Source: Peptostreptococcales bacterium
Lineage (GTDB): Bacteria; Bacillota; Clostridia; Peptostreptococcales; Acidaminobacteraceae
DNA: 64,000 nt
Direction: 5' to 3'
NCBI GenBank assembly: GCA_038246775.1
Contig: JBBRVO010000001.1
Location: 44,728 to 108,727 of the forward strand
Part shown: positions 1 to 9,223 of the stretch, piece by piece
Layout: every line of letters begins with the position of its first letter
Position numbering within the stretch: position 1 is the first letter of the stretch
Notes under the pieces: model-generated
What the model saw: only the letters and a program-made list of their open reading frames with translations
Database searches by the model: none
What the model was told of the DNA's origin: nothing
Made by a program: the position numbers and the translations under genes

Positions 1-765
1 AATCTTACCCCCATTACACTAGAACTTGGTGGGAAGAGTCCGACAATCGTCCACAAGGATGCAGACATAAAGATGGCAGCACTTAGAATCACTTGGGGTA
101 AATTTATGAATGCAGGACAAATTTGCGTTGCGCCTGATTATGTCTATGTACATAGAGATGTTGAGCATCTTTTCATCGATGAAGTATTGAAGTGTATCCA
201 CTCCTTTTATGGGGCATTTCCAGTAAAAAGCCCTGATTATTGCAGGATTGTGAATGACAAGCACTTCAATCGCATTGTCTCACTGATTGACCACGACAAA
301 GTGGTCATTGGGGGGCAGTACGACCTCGAACAAAAGTATATTGCGCCAACCGTTATGAAAAATGTGACGTGGGACGATGCCGTGATGCAAGATGAAATAT
401 TTGGACCGATTATGCCAATACTCGTCTATGACTCTATTGAAACGGTCATCGATACGATCGCACAAAAGCCAAAACCATTGGCCTTATATGTATTTTCAGA
501 AAGTGAAAGCCTACAAGAATACCTAATGGATCAGATTCCATTCGGCGGTGGTTGTATCAATGATACCGTCTTGCATGTTGCATCACCTTATCTACCGTTT
601 GGCGGCACTGGAAATTCCGGCATGGGCGCTTACCATGGTGAGACGAGTTTCAAAACGTTTTCACATCAAAAGAGCATACTAAAAAAATCTTCTGTCTTCG
701 AACTAAAGGTGCTTTATCCACCCTACAAAAACAACATACAATGGATTAGAAAAATATTTAAGTGA
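1..765 (+). CDS. Aldehyde dehydrogenase family protein, 5'-truncated by the window edge
   Basis: Frame 1 is open from base 1 (NLTPITLELGGKSP...). It contains ELGGKSP, the catalytic-Cys region NAGQICVAPDY, EIFGPI and PFGGTGNSGMGAYHG. Confidence 0.95.
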   Translation, partial: NLTPITLELGGKSPTIVHKDADIKMAALRITWGKFMNAGQICVAPDYVYVHRDVEHLFIDEVLKCIHSFYGAFPVKSPDYCRIVNDKHFNRIVSLIDHDKVVIGGQYDLEQKYIAPTVMKNVTWDDAVMQDEIFGPIMPILVYDSIETVIDTIAQKPKPLALYVFSESESLQEYLMDQIPFGGGCINDTVLHVASPYLPFGGTGNSGMGAYHGETSFKTFSHQKSILKKSSVFELKVLYPPYKNNIQWIRKIFK

Positions 766-783
766 TGTGATGTGCGTACAAAT

Positions 784-823
784 AAAGCTCAAACATTGAG
801 AGGTTTCTCATGTTTGAGCTTTT
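784..823. terminator. Probable bidirectional intrinsic terminator between convergent genes
   Basis: Inverted repeat aaagctcaaaca...tgtttgagcttt with an inner tgaga/tctca stem, lying between the aldehyde dehydrogenase and response regulator stop codons. Confidence 0.75.
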
Positions 824-850
824 AAATTTTAGTTTGCAGTATTGTCAAGA

Positions 851-1543
851 TTAGATGATTTTATAACCGACACCCCAAACCGTTTCAATTAGAGGTGTGC
901 TAGGCGATAAGGCCTCAATTTTTTCGCGTATGCGCTTAACGTGGACCGTAACAGTAAACGCATCACCGAGGGAGTCGAATTTCCATACGCGCTCGTAAAT
1001 CTCCTCTTTCGAAAAGACGCGTCCGCGATGTTTAGCCAGTAAAAGAATAATCTCAAATTCCTTCGGTGTCAATTCAAGAACTTTTCCTGAAATGGAGAAT
1101 ACCTTTGTCATCTCATTGATGACAAAATCTCGAATAATGAAATTTGAGTCATCAAAAGTTGAACCAGACGTATTTTTCATCTTGCTGTACCTGCGTAATT
1201 GTGCTTTGACTCTGGCAATGAGTTCATTGGTACTAAATGGCTTAGTTAAATAGTCATCCGCACCGACGCCGAGTCCCAAGACGATGTCCATGTCCTGGTT
1301 TTTTGCAGAGACGATAATGATGGGAATATCTTTGAGTGACTGAATCTTTTTGCAAATGTCGATGCCGTTGCCATTTGGCAGCATCAAATCAAGAATGACG
1401 AGAGAAGCACCTTCAAGGAGTGGGATTATGCGCGTGATATCCCCTGTGGACTCAATGACGACTTCGTAACCGTTTATTTCTAGATAGTCTTTTTCCAATC
1501 TAGCAATGCTTTTATCATCTTCGACGATCAATATTTTTTCCAT
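851..1543 (-). CDS. OmpR/PhoB-family DNA-binding response regulator
   Basis: Receiver motifs ILIVEDD, LDLMLP, GADDYLTKPF and winged-helix C-terminus (VHVKRIREKIE...IETVWGVGYK). Start placed at MEKIL (1543) after a GAGGT RBS; the ORF track extends to 1573. Confidence 0.93.
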   Translation of the reverse strand: MEKILIVEDDKSIARLEKDYLEINGYEVVIESTGDITRIIPLLEGASLVILDLMLPNGNGIDICKKIQSLKDIPIIIVSAKNQDMDIVLGLGVGADDYLTKPFSTNELIARVKAQLRRYSKMKNTSGSTFDDSNFIIRDFVINEMTKVFSISGKVLELTPKEFEIILLLAKHRGRVFSKEEIYERVWKFDSLGDAFTVTVHVKRIREKIEALSPSTPLIETVWGVGYKII

Positions 1544-1569
1544 GTTTACCTCGCTTTTTATTGGGTCTG

Positions 1570-2997
1570 TCAATCAAACGCCTTAAGGCGGATGGAAATG
1601 GTGAGACCGTGAGAATCGTTGGCTGATGCAGATATTTTTCCGCTATGAGCGGCTATGATTTCTTTGCAGATACTGAGCCCAATGCCACTGCCCATAATAT
1701 CGAGGTTTCTCGATTTGTCGGAACGATAAAAGCGCTCAAAGATATGTGCTAAATCATCTTCTTTTACACCGATGCCGTTGTCGGAGATGTTGATAAAGAC
1801 ACCATCGTCGTCCTGATTGGCAAGTATGATAATTTCAAGGGGTGAACCATTTCTATATTTAATTGAATTTTCAATGACGTTGATAAAGACGCGCATGAGC
1901 TTCTCTGGATCAACTTCTACACGTGTGTCTTTGATGATAAAGTGTAGGGAGAGCTTACCGCCGATCTTTGTCACATCGCTTTCAAGTTCGTCCACACAAT
2001 CTGTCAGAAAGTTCTTTAAGTTGACGATTTGTTTGTTGAGTTTTATGCTACCAATATCGAAGCGCGTAATCTCAAATAAGTCATTGAGCAAGCTTTCAAT
2101 CATGTAAGTCTTGGATTCAATGGTCTCTAAGTATTCTCTTTGCGTTTCTTCGGTGCGAGCGACGCCATCTTTCAGGCCTTGCACGTACCCTCTAATCGAG
2201 GTGATAGGCGTGCGAAGATCGTGTGAAATATTTGCAATAAGTTCCTTTTTCTCAATTTCCAATATCTTTTGTTTTTCAACAGAGGTTTCTAGCGAGCGAC
2301 GCATACTCTCAATGCTTTCTGCGAGTTCGTAAAAATCATCTTCCTCTTCATATAAGAGTTTTGCGGATAGATTGCCTTTTCGAATTTCGTTGGTAGTAAA
2401 GGTCAATCTACGGATGGCGCGTTTAATGGGGTTTGAAATCCAAGCGAGTAAAACAGCCAGTAAAATCAAGTTAAAGGCACCATAGAGCACAAAGAAAACT
2501 TGTTCAAACACCTTATACGCAACTTCGAGGCGTGTGCTATCGATCTTCAACCTTACATCTATCGCGCCACCGCTTAGGCGTTCAAAGTGATGGTGTTTGA
2601 GAGAGTATTGGATATTATTTGGTTCCTCGGTGAGATTGCCAAAGAGCCACTTTTCTAAAAAACTCAAATTTGCTATTTCTTCATGATAGGTAGTAAATTT
2701 AGGCACGTTATTTTCTGAAACTTCTAGGATCAAAAATGTTGAGCTGAAGTGTGAGACGGCGTATTCTTTGAATGGTTCAGTCAAAAAAAATTCAGGTGAA
2801 TTGGTATACGGATGGACATAAGTTTCAAATTCGCTGGAAATACTTGAAAAGTTGTCAAATATATCGTAATAAGTATCGAAAAAGTGGACAATATTCAGCG
2901 TGTCGCTTAAAAAATTGTTGGTGATCACCATCGTGAATATTGCCGGTAAGAGCACTAAAAGCACGAGTGATATGATAAACTTGTTCTTTATTTTCAT
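1570..2997 (-). CDS. Membrane-bound sensor histidine kinase (HAMP-HisKA-HATPase)
   Basis: Two TM segments, H-box ISHDLRTPITSI, N-box NVIENSIKY, and G-boxes DNGIG and GSGIGL. Lies directly upstream of the response regulator. Confidence 0.93.
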   Translation of the reverse strand: MKIKNKFIISLVLLVLLPAIFTMVITNNFLSDTLNIVHFFDTYYDIFDNFSSISSEFETYVHPYTNSPEFFLTEPFKEYAVSHFSSTFLILEVSENNVPKFTTYHEEIANLSFLEKWLFGNLTEEPNNIQYSLKHHHFERLSGGAIDVRLKIDSTRLEVAYKVFEQVFFVLYGAFNLILLAVLLAWISNPIKRAIRRLTFTTNEIRKGNLSAKLLYEEEDDFYELAESIESMRRSLETSVEKQKILEIEKKELIANISHDLRTPITSIRGYVQGLKDGVARTEETQREYLETIESKTYMIESLLNDLFEITRFDIGSIKLNKQIVNLKNFLTDCVDELESDVTKIGGKLSLHFIIKDTRVEVDPEKLMRVFINVIENSIKYRNGSPLEIIILANQDDDGVFINISDNGIGVKEDDLAHIFERFYRSDKSRNLDIMGSGIGLSICKEIIAAHSGKISASANDSHGLTISIRLKAFD

Positions 2998-3224
2998 GTT
3001 TAAACCTCATAATGACATTAAAGCGTAAAATACGCCCTTAATTTATTATATCTCAAAACAGTCGTAAATGTTAAATAACGTTTTTATAAAGAAATATATC
3101 TATTATTTACAAATGTCATGTGATTTTAATTCAATTTTCATAGAGTTGCAATATCCATGGTGTATACTTAATGAGAAATTGTCAACATATGGGTACTTAA
3201 GATCAAGACAGAAGGAGTGATGGC

Positions 3225-5927
3225 ATGCGCGCAATATTTAAAAAGACTGTGACAATCGCAGTGTTAACAATGGTCATAGCGGCACAGACCTTTACCTCAT
3301 CCGCATATACCAAAATCTACGAAACCGCTTCACCGGTAGAAGCCTATGCAGATGGTGTGACACATCAAAACATCAAAATCTACACAAATGAAGGCTGGAT
3401 CAATATGAACGTCCTTCGTGTAGACCTTACTAAAAACGTTGGAATGACAGTTCTTACGGATACGGTGTTATCGACAAGGGATACTATTACAAATTTAGTT
3501 AAGAAAAATAACGCTGACAATACCATTGTAGCTGCGATAAACAGCGACTTTTTTGATACGGCAAACTCTACGACGATGGGAAATCTCGTCAAAGATGGCA
3601 AAATTTTAACAACGAGTGTCGGTTATGATGATTTTGCCTCATTTAATATGGGGACAAACGGTCTGCCATATGTGGGTTACATTAACTCACCAAACAATAA
3701 AATCACCAATGGCACTTACACAAAGACTTTATCCTATATCAACAAACCTTACCTTCAATATAGTCGAACGATTATGTATGACAACGACTATGCTTTAAAA
3801 TCATATGGTAAAACCATCGGTTCGGATGTGCTTGAAATGTTGGTACTTGATGGTGTCATCGTTGAGATCAGACGTAAAGGGGAGCCATTCACAATTCCAG
3901 ACAACGGTTTTGTCATCGCCTCAGTGGGCAACGACATCGGTGAAATGTCTACGAATTTCAAAATGGGCGATCCAATTACAGTTAATTACGATGTCAATTT
4001 TAAGTATATGGATCTAAGCATTGGTGGTGGTGCACAACTTCTTAAAGAGGGTGCTGTCATCACGAATTTTTCTCAAAATATTAAAGGCAATCAACCAAGA
4101 ACGGGACTAGGTATCACAAAAGACCGTAAAGAACTGATTCTTGTGACGATTGATGGGCGTACGTCTTCTTATAGAGGGGTCACTCAAACAGAACTTGCGA
4201 CATTGCTCAAAGGGCTTGGTGCGCATGAGGCAATCAACCTTGACGGTGGTGGATCCACGCAAATGGTTTCAAAATCGCCTTGGACAAATTCAGTAAAGAC
4301 CGTTAATTATCCTTCTGATCAAGCGGAACGCAAAATGTACACAGCGCTTGCGATAGAAAAGCTTCTTGAGGAATCCCCAGTTCTTAGAACGACTAAAATA
4401 AACGTGGGCAGTACACGGATGTTACTTGGTTCCGAAGTTGCTGTAAGCCTTTTAGGTAGTGATACCAATTACAATCCAGTGTCCATCCCGGCCAAAGAAG
4501 TCGTTTGGAGCGTCACTGGCGTAACGGGCACTTTTGCGAATGGCAAATTTGTTCCAAGCAGTCTTGGAAAAGGCACCATCACAGCGTCTTATGGTAATTT
4601 CGTGGCAAATCAGGAAATCGTCGTCAAAAACAATGGCGTCAAACTCATCGTGTCACCATCCAGCTTAAAAGTTGATGAGAATCAAGAAAAAACAATCACT
4701 TTTTCAATTTTGACCGAAGAAGGTGAAACGATTCCGATTTCATCAAAAGTTGTAAAAGCCGTGGTACCACCAACGCTCGGCAAATTTGATTACGATAAGA
4801 GCGCCTTTGTTGCGGGTGGTCAAGTCGGTCAAGGCTACATCACTTGTGAATTTGATGGCCTTAAAGCGTATATTCCTGTTGGTATAGGCGTTGATAAGCA
4901 ATTGTTTTACGATTTTGAGAAACCGACGGCGACGTTCAGTAGCTATCCAATTGCGGTGACTGGTTCCTATCAAGAAACGGCAACAAATGCCAAATCAGGC
5001 TTATCCGCTCAGCTCACTTACGATTTTTCAAAGACGACTGAAACACGAGCTGCCTATATGACGTTTAAATCACCCGCTACATTGCCTAAAGACACTCAAA
5101 GTATAGGCATGTGGGTATTTAATGAGGCAGGCAACGACCACTGGCTCAGAGCCAAAGTCATCGATGCCAAAGGCACTGCATCGAACATCACGTTTACAAC
5201 ACATATTGATTGGACCGGCTGGAAGTATATTACGGCTGATCTTCCAACAGGTTCTGTTGCGCCTTTTGTCCTAGAGAGAATTTATCTCGCTGAGACGGAT
5301 GCCACGCGACTTGACTCAGGCTACATCTTAATTGATAACGTGGAAGCAATCACGAGCCAGGCACTTTCAGTAGCCCTACCTGGTGAAGTCAATCGTCTAA
5401 AAAAAGTGGTTGACTATAAATTGCCCGCAGAACTCGTTGGTAAAACGAGCAAATTGATGAATATCCTTTTTTATACGGAAAAAACGACAGCGGTTGATGC
5501 CTTGATGAAAGCCAACAACATGGAATGGACGACGCATTCTGGCATATATAGTGCATCGGAACGCACCGACGCAACCGTTTTTAAAATGGTGAACAAAAAA
5601 GGTTCAATTCGCGCCAATGATTATACACAGTGGACAAAATTCTTGAACTTTGTCAAAACGACAACTAGCAAAAAACCGGTGGTGTTGATGATGAGCGATG
5701 TCTATATCTTCAACGACCGTCTTGAAAGCGACTTGTTTTTAACGCAGCTTCAGACTTTGACTGACAAAGGGATTGATGTAGCTGTTATTTTCCCAACTTC
5801 CAATGCAACATTTAGTGTTGCAAAGGCCAATGGTGCCACCATCGTCAAAGTGCCTAGAACCGCGACGAGCCTTTCTTACCTCAGCCTGGGCATATCAAAC
5901 AATAAAATTTATTTTGAAGCAAAATAA
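3225..5927 (+). CDS. Secreted phosphodiester glycosidase (NAGPA/DUF2233) family protein with Ig-like and carbohydrate-binding-like modules
   Basis: Signal-peptide-like N-terminus, AAINSDFF, PRTGLGI, VTIDGR and INLDGGGSTQM motifs, followed by beta-rich modules. GGAGTG RBS. Confidence 0.8.
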   Translation: MRAIFKKTVTIAVLTMVIAAQTFTSSAYTKIYETASPVEAYADGVTHQNIKIYTNEGWINMNVLRVDLTKNVGMTVLTDTVLSTRDTITNLVKKNNADNTIVAAINSDFFDTANSTTMGNLVKDGKILTTSVGYDDFASFNMGTNGLPYVGYINSPNNKITNGTYTKTLSYINKPYLQYSRTIMYDNDYALKSYGKTIGSDVLEMLVLDGVIVEIRRKGEPFTIPDNGFVIASVGNDIGEMSTNFKMGDPITVNYDVNFKYMDLSIGGGAQLLKEGAVITNFSQNIKGNQPRTGLGITKDRKELILVTIDGRTSSYRGVTQTELATLLKGLGAHEAINLDGGGSTQMVSKSPWTNSVKTVNYPSDQAERKMYTALAIEKLLEESPVLRTTKINVGSTRMLLGSEVAVSLLGSDTNYNPVSIPAKEVVWSVTGVTGTFANGKFVPSSLGKGTITASYGNFVANQEIVVKNNGVKLIVSPSSLKVDENQEKTITFSILTEEGETIPISSKVVKAVVPPTLGKFDYDKSAFVAGGQVGQGYITCEFDGLKAYIPVGIGVDKQLFYDFEKPTATFSSYPIAVTGSYQETATNAKSGLSAQLTYDFSKTTETRAAYMTFKSPATLPKDTQSIGMWVFNEAGNDHWLRAKVIDAKGTASNITFTTHIDWTGWKYITADLPTGSVAPFVLERIYLAETDATRLDSGYILIDNVEAITSQALSVALPGEVNRLKKVVDYKLPAELVGKTSKLMNILFYTEKTTAVDALMKANNMEWTTHSGIYSASERTDATVFKMVNKKGSIRANDYTQWTKFLNFVKTTTSKKPVVLMMSDVYIFNDRLESDLFLTQLQTLTDKGIDVAVIFPTSNATFSVAKANGATIVKVPRTATSLSYLSLGISNNKIYFEAK

Positions 5928-5973
5928 AATCTATAATTGGCAATAGAAAACAAATAATGAGTGATTAACAAAA

Positions 5974-6028
5974 GGGTGTCATGACAAATCTAAATTTTAT
6001 TTTGATTTGTCATGACACCTTCTTTTTT
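5974..6028 (+). terminator. Intrinsic terminator
   Basis: Long stem ggtgtcatgacaaatc / gatttgtcatgacacc followed by a T-rich run. Confidence 0.85.
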
Positions 6029-6176
6029 TATGATTAATACCCATTTGAACCTCTAATATAAGAATCTGATTAGAAAGGTGTAAGAAAATATTAGGTTAAT
6101 ACTAAACAAACCTATGTAGTTACAAACCTCAAATTTGCTTATAGTGTATGTAGAAGTAAAAATATGAGGTGATGAT

Positions 6177-7166
6177 ATGCTTAGTTTTAAGCCTAGGCAA
6201 TTAAACGAAGAAGGCATCGTAGAAAAACTGAAAGAAGTCTATGCGCTATGCGATGCTGAGGATTTTAAAACAAAAAAATTTGTCGGCTTGATCAATGATT
6301 ATATACCTTATCAATCCGGACTTAAAATCAGATTGGAATGGATGGGCAAACAAGGGTATATTGAACAGCTAGAGAAGCTAAAAAAAGAAAATAGCCCTTC
6401 ACTTAAAATAGAAAAAATGGCGTTACAGTTTGCTAAAGAGTACGGTTTTGTCGCAGAAGACAGCTACAAAACATTTGCGATGATGGCACGAGCGATGTCG
6501 TTAAAAACGGCACTCCCACAAAATGCCACATTGAAAATTGTTTCTTCAGTTCAAAGTGCTCAAGGTAATTTCTCGAAAAAGCATATCCAAACAGAAGAAA
6601 CATCAAGACTGAACATCATACAAGTAGGAGAGGTTGGCGCTGGTACAAGTCTGCCGAAAGTCAAACGTAGATTTGTTAGAAACAAGACCAGTCTGTGGCT
6701 TTATATTTTTTATCTGCTCATGATACCAGTTGGCTATTACACGCTTTATGAGAATTTTGGCTTGGTAAACCAGGTTTTTAAAAGTGTGACAGATACGATT
6801 AGAGTGCCGATTTACTCGGACCCTTGGTTTATCGGTGTAATGATCGCAATGAGCGTTGCGACACTATTGCCAGTGTTAGGAAAATGGGCATTTAAATTAA
6901 ATGTCATTAGTCTATATCCATTGCTTATGTTGCTGGCTCAAGTGGTGCTTGTTTCTATTGAAGCGAAATTTCCACTGTTTGTGATGGGCTTTCAACTGGC
7001 AATAGGACTCGGCATGATGGTGTCCTTTGCAATACTTGCTTTCTATGCTATGAGGTTGCCAAAAGGTGCAAAAGAATACCTCGCCTATCAAGCCATTATA
7101 CCGTATTATCTATCGGCAATCATTTGGTTTTCAGGACAATATATTGTATTTGCTAGGGTAATCTAA
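6177..7166 (+). CDS. Uncharacterised membrane protein (soluble helical N-terminal domain, linker, about 4-5 C-terminal TM helices); first gene of the kinase-vWA-PP2C operon
   Basis: 329-aa ORF with a GAGGTG RBS and hydrophobic segments from about residue 170 to the end. No family recognised. Confidence 0.75.
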   Translation: MLSFKPRQLNEEGIVEKLKEVYALCDAEDFKTKKFVGLINDYIPYQSGLKIRLEWMGKQGYIEQLEKLKKENSPSLKIEKMALQFAKEYGFVAEDSYKTFAMMARAMSLKTALPQNATLKIVSSVQSAQGNFSKKHIQTEETSRLNIIQVGEVGAGTSLPKVKRRFVRNKTSLWLYIFYLLMIPVGYYTLYENFGLVNQVFKSVTDTIRVPIYSDPWFIGVMIAMSVATLLPVLGKWAFKLNVISLYPLLMLLAQVVLVSIEAKFPLFVMGFQLAIGLGMMVSFAILAFYAMRLPKGAKEYLAYQAIIPYYLSAIIWFSGQYIVFARVI

Positions 7167-7195
7167 ACAGCCACAACATGAGAATGGAGGTTAAA

Positions 7196-8536
7196 ATGTC
7201 AGATCAATTAAACAATGGCGCATTTGTTTCTTCTGGACAAAGGCGATTTCGCGTACTAAAGGAAATCGGCGGCGGCGGGCAAGGTAACGTGTACCTTGTA
7301 TCTGAAGACGCCGAGCAATATGCACTTAAATGGTATAATAGAACATCATCAACCGCTGAGCAATACGCGGCCATAGAGATTTTAGTTGAGAAAGGTGCAC
7401 CAAGCGACAAATTTATTTGGCCACTGGCTATAGTAGAAGGAGAATCAAAGGACAATTTCGGCTATATTATGCCGCTTATTGATACAAAACGTTTTACAAA
7501 ATTGGCGCACTATTTTGGCGGTGAGTTAAAAGTCAAGCGCTTTGAACCGCTTATCGATGCATGCATACGCATGGCACATGGTTTCAACGAACTACATCTC
7601 AGCGGCCTTTGTTATAGAGATATCTCTTTTGGGAACTTGTTTGTGGATTTTGAATCGGGTGACATACTCATTTGCGACAACGACAACGTCACCTTTGACA
7701 ATTTGACCAAAACGGAAGATATTTGGGGTACGCACGGATTCATGGCGCCAGAAGTCGTCAAAGGTGAAAAACCACCAAGCTCTCAAACCGATCTATTCTC
7801 ACTGGCAGTCGTTCTGTTTAGAATGCTACACTTGCAACATCCGCTGCAAGGTAAAAGAGAGTATGAAATTGAGATTGCAGATTTGGAAGCTTTGACAGAT
7901 CTATATGGACATAATCCAGTATTTATCTATGACCCAATAGACGCAACCAATCGTCCGGTTAAAGGCAAAAAAGATATGGCAGATGCCTATTGGCCGTATT
8001 ATCCAGAATTTTTAAAAAATAAGTTTATTGATGCATTCACACACGGGTTACAAGATCCTAACCAACGCATCAGAGAGAGTATTTGGATAAAAACATTTGC
8101 AGATCTGAGGGCTTCGCTCATGTACTGCTATCATTGCGGCGAGCAACTCTTCTATGACAAAACTAAAATGGGGCGTTTAGATCCTTGTCCAAAGTGTGGC
8201 AAAGCCATTGACACATTGCCACCGAGGCTGAAAATTGCCGAGAGAATCCTCATGCTCAGTCACGATGTGACACTCTATGTGAACCAGATTGATGAAGCGT
8301 GTCCAATGGACTATGAAACCCCTTATGCGAAGGTTGAAATTCATCCGAGACACCCTGAAATCTGGGGGCTGAAAAACCTCTCAGAAGACAGTTGGCGATA
8401 TGAAACAAAAGATGGAGAATTGAAAGAAGTATTCAAAGGCGGCGTGATCCCCATCAAAGACAACCAAGAAGTGTTTTTGGGCAATGCCATAGGGACCATG
8501 AGAATTGGAACAAAAATCACCCAAAAGAAAAAATAG
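7196..8536 (+). CDS. Atypical Hanks-type Ser/Thr protein kinase with Zn-ribbon and C-terminal beta-rich (FHA-like) domain; TerY-P triad kinase
   Basis: Gly loop IGGGGQGNVY, Lys in YALKWY, catalytic loop YRDISFGN, DND in place of DFG, APE, DLFSL, and CYHC...CPKC. Start at ATG 7196 after GGAGG; the ORF track starts at 7178. Confidence 0.88.
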   Translation: MSDQLNNGAFVSSGQRRFRVLKEIGGGGQGNVYLVSEDAEQYALKWYNRTSSTAEQYAAIEILVEKGAPSDKFIWPLAIVEGESKDNFGYIMPLIDTKRFTKLAHYFGGELKVKRFEPLIDACIRMAHGFNELHLSGLCYRDISFGNLFVDFESGDILICDNDNVTFDNLTKTEDIWGTHGFMAPEVVKGEKPPSSQTDLFSLAVVLFRMLHLQHPLQGKREYEIEIADLEALTDLYGHNPVFIYDPIDATNRPVKGKKDMADAYWPYYPEFLKNKFIDAFTHGLQDPNQRIRESIWIKTFADLRASLMYCYHCGEQLFYDKTKMGRLDPCPKCGKAIDTLPPRLKIAERILMLSHDVTLYVNQIDEACPMDYETPYAKVEIHPRHPEIWGLKNLSEDSWRYETKDGELKEVFKGGVIPIKDNQEVFLGNAIGTMRIGTKITQKKK

Positions 8537-8545
8537 GAGGTCAAC

Positions 8546-9223
8546 ATGACTATAGAAAGAGACGGAAAAATGGGCAACAGAGATTTACATTTGTTTTTTT
8601 TAATCGACGCTTCGGATTCTATGAGCTACGGTGGTAAAGTTGAAACGCTTAACAATGCCATTCGCGAGGCGATTCCGCATATTAGAGAAATTGCTCGGGA
8701 AGCGGAAGGTTCAATCAAAGTGCATGCCCTTTCATTTTCCACAGGCGCAAGATGGATTGTAAATAATGTGGATGTAAGGGATTTTACCTGGGACAATATT
8801 ACAACCAAAGGCGTTACGGACATGGGACGTGGCTTTGAACTATTAGCTGAAAAACTCAGTTCCGATTTTCAAGGTGAAAGAGGCTATCAACCTGTCATGA
8901 TCTTGTTGTCAGATGGACTACCAACCGACGACTATGAGTCAGGTCTCAAAAAACTCAAAGCGACGAAATGGGGCAGCAAGGCAATTCGCATTTCCATTGC
9001 CATCGGTTCCGAAACGGATATGGATGTGCTACAAGCCTTCATAGGAGACAGTTTTAGAGGGGAACTCAAACCACTTAAAGCCAAGAATGCGTCGGAACTT
9101 AAAAACTATATCAGATGGGCTTCAACGGCGGCTTCAAACGCCTCAATCAATCCAATGAGAGGGATGTTGCCGCCACCACCGACTGTGGATGCAGAGGTTG
9201 ATGTTGAGGCTATTGACTGGTAA
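8546..9223 (+). CDS. TerY-like von Willebrand factor A domain protein
   Basis: MIDAS motif LIDASDSM (DxSxS), T in GVTDMG, ILLSDGLPTD, and a Pro-rich tail. GGAGG RBS. Sits between a kinase and a PP2C. Confidence 0.88.
   Translation: MTIERDGKMGNRDLHLFFLIDASDSMSYGGKVETLNNAIREAIPHIREIAREAEGSIKVHALSFSTGARWIVNNVDVRDFTWDNITTKGVTDMGRGFELLAEKLSSDFQGERGYQPVMILLSDGLPTDDYESGLKKLKATKWGSKAIRISIAIGSETDMDVLQAFIGDSFRGELKPLKAKNASELKNYIRWASTAASNASINPMRGMLPPPPTVDAEVDVEAIDW

Noticed and set aside
6083-6130. taggtt/aaccta inverted repeat and acaaacct direct repeats upstream of the kinase operon as an operator
   Set aside because: They are short, AT-rich matches with no clear promoter geometry and are not distinguishable from chance without comparative data.
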